Of a stretch of 64,000 bases of DNA, positions 1-12,328 are shown in pieces. The translations under genes and the position numbers were made by a program. Position 1 is the stretch's first letter. Each line of letters starts with the position of its first letter. Source of the DNA: Octopus bimaculoides (taxonomy: Eukaryota); the NCBI RefSeq assembly GCF_001194135.2, contig NC_069000.1, positions 9,481,984-9,545,983 on the forward strand, in the 5' to 3' direction. The notes under the pieces were generated by a model. That model searched no databases. It was not told the origin of the DNA and worked only from the letters and a program-made list of their open reading frames with translations.

Positions 1-1117
1 ACCTTGCTTAAAAACAGGTAAAGGTTAGCAACAGGAAGGGCATCCGGTTGTAAAATGCCTCAACAATATATTCATCTAACTCATGCAAGCATTAAAAAAA
101 AAAAAAGAAGTAAAAACGAACTTTAATTTTGCACTGAAAATTTTCTATATATCTATACACCTCTAAAATAATATAAGTCTATCAAGGGAATTCTCTATGT
201 GATTGCATATCATGCTAGAAATAACAGCTAAGTCTCCTTCAAATCAGATCCTATCGTCTTAAAACCGGGCACATGAGAGAATGTAGTTCGAGAGATGTAT
301 AGCACGAATGGAGTAAACAGCACATTCCATCACTCCCACCTGGTTCAGGTGTGCAAAATTTCTACTGACCCACAGTGTCGTTGTTCCAAGTGTTGCGAAC
401 TCTTGTCACGCCGCTGGTTCTTGATATACAAAAAAAAAAAAAAAAAAAANNNNNNNNNNNNNNNNNNNNNNNNNNNNNNNNNNNNNNNNNNNNNNNNNNN
501 NNNNNNNNNNNNNNNNNNNNNNNNNNNNNNNNNNNNNNNNNNNNNNNNNNNNNNNNNNNNNNNNNNNNNNNNNNNNNNNNNNNNNNNNNNNNNNNNNNNN
601 NNNNNNNNNNNNNNNNNNNNNNNNNNNNNNNNNNNNNNNNNNNNNNNNNNNNNNNNNNNNNNNNNNNNNNNNNNNNNNNNNNNNNNNNNNNNNNNNNNNN
701 NNNNNNNNNNNNNNNNNNNNNNNNNNNNNNNNNNNNNNNNNNNNNNNNNNNNNNNNNNNNNNNNNNNNNNNNNNNNNNNNNNNNNNNNNNNNNNNNNNNN
801 NNNNNNNNNNNNNNNNNNNNNNNNNNNNNNNNNNNNNNNNNNNNNNNNNNNNNNNNNNNNNNNNNNNNNNNNNNNNNNNNNNNNNNNNNNNNNNNNNNNN
901 NNNNNNNNNNNNNNNNNNNNNNNNNNNNNNNNNNNNNNNNNNNNNNNNNNNNNNNNNNNNNNNNNNNNNNNNNNNNNNNNNNNNNNNNNNNNNNNNNNNN
1001 NNNNNNNNNNNNNNNNNNNNNNNNNNNNNNNNNNNNNNNNNNNNNNNNNNNNNNNNNNNNNNNNNNNNNNNNNNNNNNNNNNNNNNNNNNNNNNNNNNNN
1101 NNNNNNNNNNNNNNNNN

Positions 1118-1149
<32 letters not shown>

Positions 1150-2153
1150 AAAATACACCATCCAGTGTGTCTTTCCTTTCACAGTAGGGTGTAGTTTGTT
1201 GGCTGCTATTTCTAGCAGGTTGAAGAACCTCCCTAGAGGTTCCTGCGTTGACTGGTTTATACTATGTACAGAAATTACAGATTTTAGACTTACGCAGACA
1301 TGGAAACAAACTATATCATTTTTCTCTTCGGGTAGAAGCGTAGATGAAATAAGCAATCTTCAAGGGCATGCTTGCAGCTAATTCTATTCTAAGTTCATAT
1401 TCATTTAGAAATTCCTTTTCCAAACACCAATTAAGGATTTATTCGATATATAATGAACTTATACATAAGAACTAAAAAGTGAAACCTTGTGGGTGCCGGA
1501 TAAATATCCACTACTTTTCACTAATGGTATGTAAAAGATTTATTTTTCGAGAACAGGAAGAGACTAAATATCTAATTAATTTAAGTTTAACGAAATTATT
1601 GCATATATGCTACACTGATATATTTCGTTAGCTACATCGGATAAGTTGTGTAGGAATGATGACATCATACTCCTGTCATTCTCAGTTCAACTCAACACAA
1701 GAGCTTCTAAGGGATGTTAGAAATAGCAGCCAAATCTCCTGAAATAAAACTTATTTTGTCATTAAAAAAACAGAAAACTAGATAATGTAGCCCGGCGGAG
1801 GTAAAGAATACGCACACCACCCGCTTTCGGCGTAAGAAAAAACTTAACCCTAAACACCGAATGTGCGTATTCTTTACATTCGCCATGTAACCCTAGATAC
1901 ACACTATCTGGAGAGAGAGAGATAGAAAAAAAAAACAGAAAGCGAGATAGACCCATTAGAGCGCCGAACAAAATACGACGACATTTCTTTACGTCCTTAA
2001 TTCAAATCCTGTCAGTTTTTTCCCGAGGTCGATAAGATACCAGTTAAGAACTAGAGCCGATTTAATATTCCTATAATAGCAGACGCTCCATCAAGACTCA
2101 GAAGCTCAGGTACAACAGTTAAATAAAATTTGTAACTAATTTCTGGTTGGGAG

Positions 2154-2296
2154 CAGAACCGTCTTAACAGCATTATAGGGGCCCCGAGTAAAATAATGCA
2201 CTGGGGCATCCACATACACAACCGCTCCACACATAGATTAGCATTGTGCCCCCTAAGCCCATGGGGCCCAGTGTGGTGTGTCTTAAGAAGGCACTG
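2154..2296. mobile_element. hAT (Tip100-like) MITE remnant
   Basis: Degenerate TIRs CAGAACCGTCTTAA / TTAAGAAGGCACTG, internal GGGGCCCC motifs, and 8-bp flanks GTTGGGAG / GAAGGGAG resembling a decayed TSD. Confidence 0.45.
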
Positions 2297-5200
2297 GAAG
2301 GGAGACAGAAACATGCTTTATTTTAAGCAAATTGTAATGTGCAGGTGTAAAATTTATACATATTAGAAATAACGAAAATGTAAGTCTGGAAAAAGCTTTA
2401 TATAATTATCTACACGTTTATTCTTTCTCAATATATCTATCACGTTTTGTGCTCTGCTTAAATTATGAGGTTTCATGTGTGCAGTTTCACAAACATGTAT
2501 GTCTATATCAATGTATTTGGGCAAACAATCAATATAAAAATGACTAAAACCATGAACCGAGGCGCGGACAGAAGCACATTAGCGAGAGAACGGAGGCTGA
2601 AAGGCTCATGTCTTTGGAAATGAGAAGACATACTACAAAACTTCATCGCCATGAGCAACATCTTGTATAGTGCATAGATGGTAGACCGTAAAAAAATATC
2701 TTACGAGATAGAGAAAAAAAACTGACGTCTTTAACCGTGAGCTTTCAATATCGAACTCAAAGCATTACACAACTAAATGCTAAGCGCAGCGTGTAAAACT
2801 TATCAAACAAATGCTCAAGACAGTGCTTAACTGAAACACATGAGAGCCCTTAGACTACAACGCATTACAACCTCAATTCCAAATGCCTGGGGGGGGGTAA
2901 CTGAGCAGTGGATAGAATACAAATTCAAAAGGATAAGAAGGCGTCCTAGAAGCGAATGGACAAAGCGTTCTAGATGCAAATGGAATTACCGTATTTAAGA
3001 GCATTAAAGACGCACTCCAATTTCAACAGCACATATTCAAGGCTAAAAATGTTTAGAACATGCATTAAAGCAGGGGTTCTCATAGCCATTCTATGTATAT
3101 ATTAAAAAAATCTTACTGTATTTTTGATAATTAAATATTATCAGGAATTGTGAAAATAAAATTTATATTTTTAGTATTGTAGAAGTAACCAATTTATTGC
3201 TGATAAATTTTAACAACAAAATCTTATATGTACCCTGGCTGGGAGCCACTGCATTAAGTCATGTAATATCTTTTTTGTTTTTAGACAATTTTTTGGAACG
3301 GTGTGGGGGCTCTTGTATGCCATCAAATACGAAACGGTATATGAGAAGACATTGCAACTTAGATGCGATCGGAATTTCTATTAGATGACAAACTGTTCTG
3401 AATCAGTATTGACAACATGCCTTAAAATGGTTCGATCATTTCCAGAAACAGGAATATTACTATTACAATTGCAGTCATAGCTAAATTGAGTAAATAAGTA
3501 TAGAATTTACAACTAATTACTTGAAACACCAGAATGAAAATATATCAGCCTTGGATCTCCAGCGTACTCATTGAGGGAAAGAAGAGGCGAATGAAATGGT
3601 CGAATGGATAATACATTAAATACTATCGCATTTCGTAGTGTTGGAAACAAAAAACCCTATTTTACATACTTGACTTCTCTTTGGCACCCGATTTTCCGGG
3701 AAGAAATTCAATAAGGCTGATCAAGCAACTGTTGATACCTCTGATCATAAGAAGTCAAACATTCGGCTCTTTTGCCCTGAAGTTTACAAGCCGAGTGAAT
3801 GAATCCATACATTTCACTGTGGCTGATCTTAACATGTGTTAAGAGACTTTATTTGAATCGAAACCTATTAACAACGACTGCATGTTTCGTAGTGAAATTC
3901 CAGTTCTGTCATGTAATAACGGAACAAATTTAGCCATGAAGTAAGGTGAAGAAGAATGTATTTAACAACAACCGATTCCAGAAGAACATTATTCAAATCT
4001 CCCCCCCCCTCCCACCGCAACGCAAAACGACATCAACGCTCGATTAATAATCACATTTGGGAAATTACAAATTTAATTTTTAAGTCCAGAGAATAACCGA
4101 TTAACTAACGCTAATGATGTATATTGTCAAATGAATATTTAATTCTTAAACCACTGATCACTGTAAACGTTGACGAAGCTATTGTATGATTATTTTAAAA
4201 GAAAACACTAATGCAAATTCTATAACTTTCTTTAAGCTCTCAGAGGGAGATCCAGTTTTTATAAAGCTATCGAAACACTCTTTAACAATACCTGCTCCTA
4301 CTTTCTTCAACTATAAGCTTTATCTACTCATTTATTTACAGCTAAGTAAACAGGGCTATTTTAGAGTAAACTTATTGACAGCAAGTTTGAATATTTACGA
4401 TATAATCTATGAAATAATAATCAAATCTATGTGCAAATGCAAAATGCTTAGCAGCATTTCGTCCGTCTTTACGTTTTGAGTTGAAATTCCGCCGAGGTTG
4501 ACTTTGTCTTTCATCCTTTTGAGGTTGATAAAACAAGTACCAGTCGAGCATTGGAGTTGATGGAATCGACTCATCTTTCTATTTCTGTTGTACCTGTATT
4601 TCAAAGGGCCAGCCTTGTCATACTGTGTCACGCTGAATATCCCCGAGAACTACGTTAAAGGTACACGTGTCTGTGGAGTGCTCAGCCACTTGCACGTTAA
4701 TTTCGGATCAACTGGAACCCTTGACGTCGTAAGCGACCGAGTGCCAACAACAATGACGGTCGAACTATCGGTTAATATAGAGCTGTTTAACCGAACTATC
4801 ACTTCAAAATTGATGAAAATCGGGTTTCATCACCAACTGTTAGAAACTGTCCGCAAGAACAATTCAAACAAACAAACAAAAATATGCACCCCGAAAACAA
4901 AAAGATAATTTTGTACCCCATTCAGTCTGTAATCTCTCTTCATTCTCCAGCCATGGCCGTACTTTCTGGCCATTTATTAAAAATTCGCCAAATCTTACAA
5001 GATAGTTCCATAAACAAAGCTACTTACTGCTTTTTGCAGTTTTATATGCTTCCAGCTTGAACCGAGTGCTAAAGACCGGCAAAATGACGAACACTGGCAT
5101 CATCCGATACCTCATTCTTATGTCAGCTTCTGTCTTCAACAGACTCTTCTTCTCTTAACTCGATATGGATGAGTAAATATGGAGACATCGTATCATGTAT

Positions 5201-7005
5201 GTGTGAGTGTGTATGCACACAATATGTAAATGAACTAGCAACCCAATAATTCTACAAAAATAAAATTTCTTTTTGAATTTGTTAGCCAAAATAATAAACA
5301 TTGTTATTTTTATTTCTTTCCTCCGAATTATCTATATTAGTATTCTCTTAAATTGTTTTCACGACTAAAATGATTTACATTACTTATAAAATTCGTCTGA
5401 AGAAACAATGGAGGAGAAAAGTTTAGCAGACGACAAAAGTTAGTCAACATAATTTCCTGTTTAGCCTTTTCCCCAGACTGCCTGGAAGAAACAGATGTAT
5501 AAATTTACTTCCTAAGATTCTTTAATCGGAAATTTTTATTTATTTTTATCTTGGGATTTTTTATATATTACCGAACGATCGCCTTTTCAGTTTACAGTTG
5601 ATACCGATGTCTGACAATTTCACATAAATGTCATTTAAATTTGAGGCCTAGTAATGATCAGCAAGGCATAGCGTGCCTTAAAATTTAACACACTCACCGG
5701 TAAAATTTCCACTTATTTTTTCTTTTTATTTTCCTAAAACTTTCGTTGCGTCTTGCAACCTTATCAATAGTCAAGACTATATANNNNNNNNNNNNNNNNN
5801 NNNNNNNNNNNNNNNNNNNNNNNNNNNNNNNNNNNNNNNNNNNNNNNNNNNNNNNNNNNNNNNNNNNNNNNNNNNNNNNNNNNNNNNNNNNNNNNNNNNN
5901 NNNNNNNNNNNNNNNNNNNNNNNNNNNNNNNNNNNNNNNNNNNNNNNNNNNNNNNNNNNNNNNNNNNNNNNNNNNNNNNNNNNNNNNNNNNNNNNNNNNN
6001 NNNNNNNNNNNNNNNNNNNNNNNNNNNNNNNNNNNNNNNNNNNNNNNNNNNNNNNNNNNNNNNNNNNNNNNNNNNNNNNNNNNNNNNNNNNNNNNNNNNN
6101 NNNNNNNNNNNNNNNNNNNNNNNNNNNNNNNNNNNNNNNNNNNNNNNNNNNNNNNNNNNNNNNNNNNNNNNNNNNNNNNNNNNNNNNNNNNNNNNNNNNN
6201 NNNNNNNNNNNNNNNNNNNNNNNNNNNNNNNNNNNNNNNNNNNNNNNNNNNNNNNNNNNNNNNNNNNNNNNNNNNNNNNNNNNNNNNNNNNNNNNNNNNN
6301 NNNNNNNNNNNNNNNNNNNNNNNNNNNNNNNNNNNNNNNNNNNNNNNNNNNNNNNNNNNNNNNNNNNNNNNNNNNNNNNNNNNNNNNNNNNNNNNNNNNN
6401 NNNNNNNNNNNNNNNNNNNNNNNNNNNNNNNNNNNNNNNNNNNNNNNNNNNNNNNNNNNNNNNNNNNNNNNNNNNNNNNNNNNNNNNNNNNNNNNNNNTA
6501 TATATATATATATATATATATTATAGTAGTAGTAGTAGAAGCAGTAGTAGCAGCAGCAGTAGTCATTTCTGCATTTCTGAATCAGTTTTGTAACCTCAAC
6601 TCACAATCGGACAACTTAACTGGCCACACTTGAAGTGGAGGGAGGGTCAACAAAATAACACCAGTAATACTCGAAGGTATATTACATAGGTTAAAACCAT
6701 TACCACAGCGAAATTTAACATTATACTGAGTCAACAAAAGAAAAAACAAAAAAACTATTGAACATGCATCAATATATTTTTTCCGAAAGTTTTTTCACGG
6801 TTAGGGTTACGTAGATGCGTCGGGACCTCTGTATTTCAGTAGAACCGAAATTCTTAACTGGCGTTAAAGTTGTGATTTTGCAATTGCAAGCTTGTTAGAA
6901 TTCATTATTATATCTTATCAAATGTCCAACACATCAAAATATAAACACACCCACACACATTAAAAGTGAAGTTTAAATAGGAATTAAATGAAATAAAAGT
7001 CTTGC

Positions 7006-7159
7006 CTTTACGTAATTTGAGAAGGTTTGTAAAATACATGGCTCCGAACTGAACAATGCTTTGGGGTTGAGACCGAAGAACTTCGCGGGCAAAACCTTCC
7101 AGTAATGCCTCAAATCCTAACGGTACTCTGAGTTTCGTGTTAGAAAATGGTACAGACAT
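7006..7159 (-). CDS. SPA17: First coding exon of an Sp17-like RIIa (dimerisation/AKAP-docking) domain protein
   Basis: MSVPFSNTKLRVPLGFEALLEGFAREVLRSQPQSIVQFGAMYFTNLLKLRK closely resembles the Sp17 N-terminus (MSIPFSNTHYRIPQGFGNLLEGLTREILREQP, recalled). Candidate donors are AAG|gcaag at 7006/7005 and AC|gtaaag at 7012/7011. Downstream exons were not found. Confidence 0.8.
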
Positions 7160-7333
7160 GATTGAATTGATAAATAACAGATAGATATATATATATATGT
7201 GTGTGTGTGTGTATGTATGTGTGTTCTTATAAAGAGTATTTTAAAATAATGGAAGCTTCTCTTCAGTCAAAAGGAAATGTAACAACTCAAGCTAAGGTTG
7301 ACAACAGAACGCTCACGTTGTTTTGAGAACGCC

Positions 7334-7346
7334 GTAACCTAGCAAC
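7334..7346. promoter_or_regulatory. RFX X-box upstream of the Sp17-like gene
   Basis: GTAACCTAGCAAC matches GTNRCC-N-RGYAAC exactly, about 175 bp upstream of the ATG at 7159. Confidence 0.7.
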
Positions 7347-7779
7347 TGGATCACTGAAAACCGGATTAGCAGAATTAAATAAACGAACGTTACTAATCAA
7401 GCTCTCTCACTCTATATCTGTAATCTCGGTTATCGACAAAGAAATAAATATTAAAAAAAAAACTGTCAGCCATTTTTCTATAACCGATTATGTTCAAGTC
7501 CAAGGTTGGCTTTTATTGAGCAGATGTTTGGATCAGAAGCGGTCCAGTCGTGACCATCCAATTTATTTTTCAGACATAGTGTAATTTAGAGCAATATTGT
7601 TTAATGTATTCTTGTTATTTTTGTTAAAGTTTTTTTTTAGATAATTTTTTTTTCATAAATTTGACGACTAATAATGGAGCCATTTTAATAATTAAGAAAC
7701 CCTCTTCATCAAAATCCTGGTTATGCCCATGCTTCAAATTGTTTTGCTATCTCCAACTTAACAACTTTACAAGGTACAA

Positions 7780-8400
7780 GGTGCATTCCAGAAGTTGTTC
7801 AAGACTTCTTTAGGAGAGGCAGCCAACTTTTTTTTTTAAATTCCAGATTGAAGGAGACAGCTGTAGTTGCTCTTTGAACAAACTTTACAAAACACTCCTT
7901 ATCACAGCTGACTAGTTTGCAGAATGCTGTTGGGATGTAAAGACAATTTGGAAGCTCACTTATGGTTTATTGTATATTTATATTAAACTGGGCAAAAATG
8001 CTGCAAGAACGTATGAAATGTGCAGAATGCTGTTGGGATGTAAAGACAATTTGGAAGCTCACTTATGGTTTATTGTATATTTATATTAAACTGGGCAAAA
8101 ATGCTGCAAGAACGTATGAATTGCTCCATTTATATGAGCTGAGTGTCTGTCTTTTACTGGCACAAGAGATTCGAGGATGATAGAGAAGAGGTGAGAAATG
8201 ATGAGCAGTATGGAAGGGAGAGGGGTATTGGAACATCAAAAAAGCTTGTTGAGAAAATTCACAATTTCCTGGCAAAAGCCCAACAATAAGCAATTGTACA
8301 TAAAATTATTCATGAAGAGCTAAACATGCACAAAATTTGTGCAAAGTTTTCCCCCAGGGTGCTCATTGACAAATGGAAGGAAAGACTTGACGACGGCAGA
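7780..8400 (+). mobile_element. Decayed mariner transposon fragment with an internal 103-bp-period tandem duplication
   Basis: IKLGKNAARTYE, FYWHKRFEDDREEVRNDEQYGR and KIIHEELNMHKICAKF..RVL are mariner transposase remnants. 7918-8017 is repeated at 8021-8120. Confidence 0.8.
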
Positions 8401-9663
8401 GAGATGTTTGAGCTCATTAGCTTCAGTTCACTTTACAGAGTATACTAGGTAATATTTTTATAGCACCAGCACTAGTGAAGATCTTGTAACTTGCAAGGTC
8501 AATGGCTTAAAGGCAATAGAAGAGGAAGTGGGTGATGATTCTAGGCAGGCAACAATAAAAAAAAGAGGAACAGATTTATAGTTGTGAAGGGTGGAAAGAA
8601 GGAGAGTGACAGAGTAAGAGAGAAGTTTTTCATTAAGAAGAGTATGGCAGGGAATGGTGGCAAGGGAAAAGAATTAATGATAAGGTTATTGAGAAAAAGG
8701 GAGGATAGGGTTGAAAGATGATAGGATGGCCTGTGTAGGGAGAAGGTCTAAAGCTATCCTATCTTATAAGGATGAGTATCAGCCAAAGGCTTGAGCGAAA
8801 GGGGGTGGGGGAGGAATTCTGAGAGAATCACTGAAGGAAGAAGTTTAGGGGTTCATGGGAATAAGATGAACAACAGAAGTATGTGAAGCGATGTTGAGGA
8901 GGCAAAGAAGCTGTGAGGAGAAGGCAGTGAGAGAAAATGTGGCAGAGGGTGGGTGCAGGATGGAAACTGCATCAGGTGACACTATCAGAACAGGCAACAC
9001 CAAGAAGTGCAGAAAGTGGTTTCATATAAAATTATAATCCAAACCATTCATGTATCACATGCAACAATAAAGTTTAATGTTAAAATCAATACAATTTTGG
9101 TGTAGTTTATAAAATTCTCTACTTCAAATTCTATTGTTTATGTTTTAGCAAATGTTCATCTTAACTACAAGAAACTATGCAAATGTACATACATTAAGAT
9201 TGTGTGTATTGTAATTTTCATGTGTAATATTGTGTGATATTTCCATTTTAATATATAATATTGTATGACATTGTAATTTTAATGTGTGATATTGTAATTT
9301 AAATGTGTAATTTCAATTCTGCTAGATGCATGTGTCACTGCTATAGCCATTACATTCATTGGAAAACAGGAATTAAAGTAACATTGGTTCAAGAAACAAA
9401 AAAAAAAAAACTTTACTGAGGATTTTGTTTGACCTGATACAAATGGAAGTCCATGGAAGGAGACATCAACCCAAATGACATTGCAGCCACAAGGCTTTCT
9501 CTCCAACACTCTGACAATTCCACTAATATAACATGCTGGGCTAATACTTTATCTTATCAACATCAGATGGATGACTTTTGCTGAATTTGAAATCAGAACA
9601 TAATGATCCAGAAGAAATACACAAGGTATCTGTCCTAAACTCTAACAATGCCGAAAGCTCATA

Positions 9664-10045
9664 AGGCTAAGTAGTGGCTTTATGGTAAGAAACTTGCTTA
9701 CCAACCACATGGTTCCAGGTTCAGTCCCACTGTGTGGCACCATGGGCAAGTGTCTTCTGCTATATATAGCCTCAGGCCAACCAAAGCCTTGTGAGTGGAT
9801 TTGGTAGACGGAAACTGAAAGAAGCCCACCATGCATGTGTGTATGTGTGTCTGTTTGTCCTGCCCCCACCACCACTTGACAACTGATGTTGGTGTATCTA
9901 TGTCCCTGTAACTAGGCAGTTCGGCAAAAGAGACCAATAGAATAAGTACTAGGCTTACAAAGAATAAGTCCTGGAGTCGACTTATTTGATTAAAGTCGGT
10001 GCCCCAGCATGGCCACAGTCAAATGACTGAAACAAGTAAAAGAAT
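9664..10045 (+). mobile_element. tRNA-derived SINE, family A (near full length)
   Basis: Head GTGGCT..GGTAAG..CTTGCTT..GGTTCAGTCCCAC, central (TG)n, tail CAGCATGGCCACAGTCAAATGACTGAAACAAGTAAAAGAAT. Similar copies lie at about 11983-12328, 16812-16940, 23131-23537, 25680-25840, 32850-32970 and 33745-33900. Confidence 0.85.
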
Positions 10046-10344
10046 AATAGAATATAAATAGTCTAGTCAACAAAACAACAGCAGAGAAAACACCCACCCC
10101 ATATGAAATATCAAATACCATCGTCGTCGTTGATATGGATATTCACATCTTGAGAAGTACTTCCCGTATTGGCATTGGTCAAAGAGGTCTAGCTAATCTA
10201 GCATTTATTCTGCTTGGTTGTTTGTGATTGTCAGTATGAATTTACCAGTGATTTCATAATTCAGATGCCTGTGTGTTTTGGGTTTCACCTACGCTACGTA
10301 GCCATTCCCCTGGGCCGAGGCACGCCTGCTCTTATCATTGTACA

Positions 10345-10437
10345 CGTATGCAGATGTGTGTGTGTGTGTGTGCATGTATTTATGTATGTATGTGTGTGTG
10401 TACATATATATATATATATATGTATGTATGTGTGTGT

Positions 10438-10491
<54 letters not shown>

Positions 10492-10492
10492 G

Positions 10493-10533
<41 letters not shown>

Positions 10534-10656
10534 GTGTGTATGTATATATATATATATATATACTTATATATATATCAACATATATAAATACATATATATT
10601 TATGTATATATGCATGCATGTAGATATCTATGTATATATATCGATATATCTATTTA

Positions 10657-10688
<32 letters not shown>

Positions 10689-10745
10689 ATGAGATAGATA
10701 GATAGCTAGATAGATAGATAAGATTGAGAGAGAGAGAGAGTGTGT
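10345..10745. repeat. Compound microsatellite block of (TG)n, (TA)n, (TATG)n, (CT)n and (GA)n
   Basis: Seen directly. Similar blocks at about 11100-11160, 12615-12705 (GTT/GGT), 13410-13710, 14605-14750, 15365-15740, 21135-21360, 24570-25095, 40462-40530, 41175-41245 and 48255-48370. Confidence 0.95.
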
Positions 10746-11098
10746 GTGGAGTTGGGGTATACAAATACCCACAGAAACAGAGAAAGTGAAATAGAAAAAC
10801 AAAAACAAAACCCCCCAAAAAACTAAGATGTCTCTAAATACCATTATATAAACATAGGCAGACTGAAAGGTTGAGATAAAATGTTCTAAATACAGATCTG
10901 TGTGGGTAAAGGTAAATAAAAGCGAAAGGTAGAATATATTTAGATGCAAAAGCCTAGACCCACACACGTGTGTGTGTGTGTATACGTGTCTGTGAAAGTG
11001 TGTGTTTCTGCTGTGTGCACATGCAAACCAAGATATACTAAAATAAATGTCTACATATATATATATAGATATATAGATCGTTTAATGTCCATCTTCCA

Positions 11099-11164
<66 letters not shown>

Positions 11165-11765
11165 AGTAAAAATAAATACAAAAAAGGGTTTTTTTTTGTA
11201 TGATTGTGTATAGAGGAATATATTATTTTGTTTAAAAGAGTTCCAACACTGTCTGTTTTTTATGTTTTATTTATATTCCTGCAGAACCAATGTGGGATAT
11301 AGAATATGGAATATACAATATATAATATATAAAATATATACAATATATAAAATAAAATAAAATAAAAATGGATGGCACCATGAAATAAAGAATTGAATGT
11401 AGATGAAATATTGAGTGTTCAATATAAAGGATCAAATATATAAATATATAAAGGCGACTCGAGTTTCAGGGTTATTTCCCTTCGTCATGGTCGGTATGAC
11501 AGACTTTAACCCCTTTTTTGTATTTATTTTTACTCGCATATATATATATATATATANNNNNNNNNNNNNNNNNNNNNNNNNNNNNNNNNNNNNNNNNNNN
11601 NNNNNNNNNNNNNNNNNNNNNNNNNNNNNNNNNNNNNNNNNNNNNNNNNNNNNNNNNNNNNNNNNNNNNNNNNNNNNNNNNNNNNNNNNNNNNNNNNNNN
11701 NNNNNNNNNNNNNNNNNNNNNNNNNNNNNNNNNNNNNNNNNNNNNNNNNNNNNNNNNNNNNNNNN

Positions 11766-11892
11766 CGAGGAGGGTGAGGAATTACTTTCTGGAAATTTCG
11801 GAGGCGGGAGGAGTTAATTCCTGGAAAGTTCCGAGGAGAGGGAGGAATTACTTCCTAGAAAGTTCTGAGGAGGGGGATGAATTACTTCCTCG
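11766..11892 (+). repeat. Purine-rich minisatellite of 32-34 bp units (at least 4), running into a gap
   Basis: Unit of about GAGGAGGGNGAGGAATTACTTCCTRGAAAGTTC. Confidence 0.85.
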
Positions 11893-11949
11893 ACGGTTGC
11901 AAGGAAGGGGAGGAGGGGAGACAGCAAAGAACAAGGGGGTGAGAATGGA

Positions 11950-11982
<33 letters not shown>

Positions 11983-11986
<4 letters not shown>

Positions 11987-12328
11987 GAAGTATGACTATG
12001 TGGTTAAGAAACCCTGGGGCATGTGTCATCTATTAAAGTTTCAGATCAACCAATGCCTTGTGAATCAGTTTGATAGATTGAAACTGTGTGTTTGTGTGTA
12101 TGAATGTGTGTGTGTGTGTGTTTTGTGTTGGTTCCCCAACCACCACTTAAGAACTATCGGTTTGTTTATGTCCCTGTAACTTAATAGTTTGGCAGAAGGG
12201 ACCAATAGAGTAAGTACCAGACTTAAATTATATTAAAAAAAAGCACTGGGATCAATCTGTTTAACTAAACCCTTCAAGACTGTGTCCCACCATGGCTGCA
12301 GTCCAATGACTGAAGCAAGTAAAAGATA
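11983..12328 (+). mobile_element. tRNA-derived SINE, family A (diverged copy)
   Basis: Colinear similarity to 9664-10045. Confidence 0.75.

Noticed and set aside
295-1356. Long ORFs of 270-316 aa (also at 5694-6633, 11415-11817, 17031-17509, 21796-22802)
   Set aside because: They stay open only because they span N gaps.
4588-4908. 106-aa ORF
   Set aside because: It overlaps interspersed repeat sequence and has no recognisable domain or splice support.
5028-5165. Possible - strand exon ending in GCA|gtaagt as exon 2 of the Sp17-like gene
   Set aside because: No frame gives Sp17- or IQ-like sequence, and the acceptor is weak.
9664-9740. tRNA-like heads (also at 21980-22072 and 58235-58300)
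   Set aside because: They cannot form a full cloverleaf and continue into SINE bodies, so they are not tRNA genes.
11766-11892. CRISPR-like appearance of short regular repeats (also 25606-25676, 41878-42004)
   Set aside because: No unique spacers and the context is eukaryotic; these are ordinary minisatellites.
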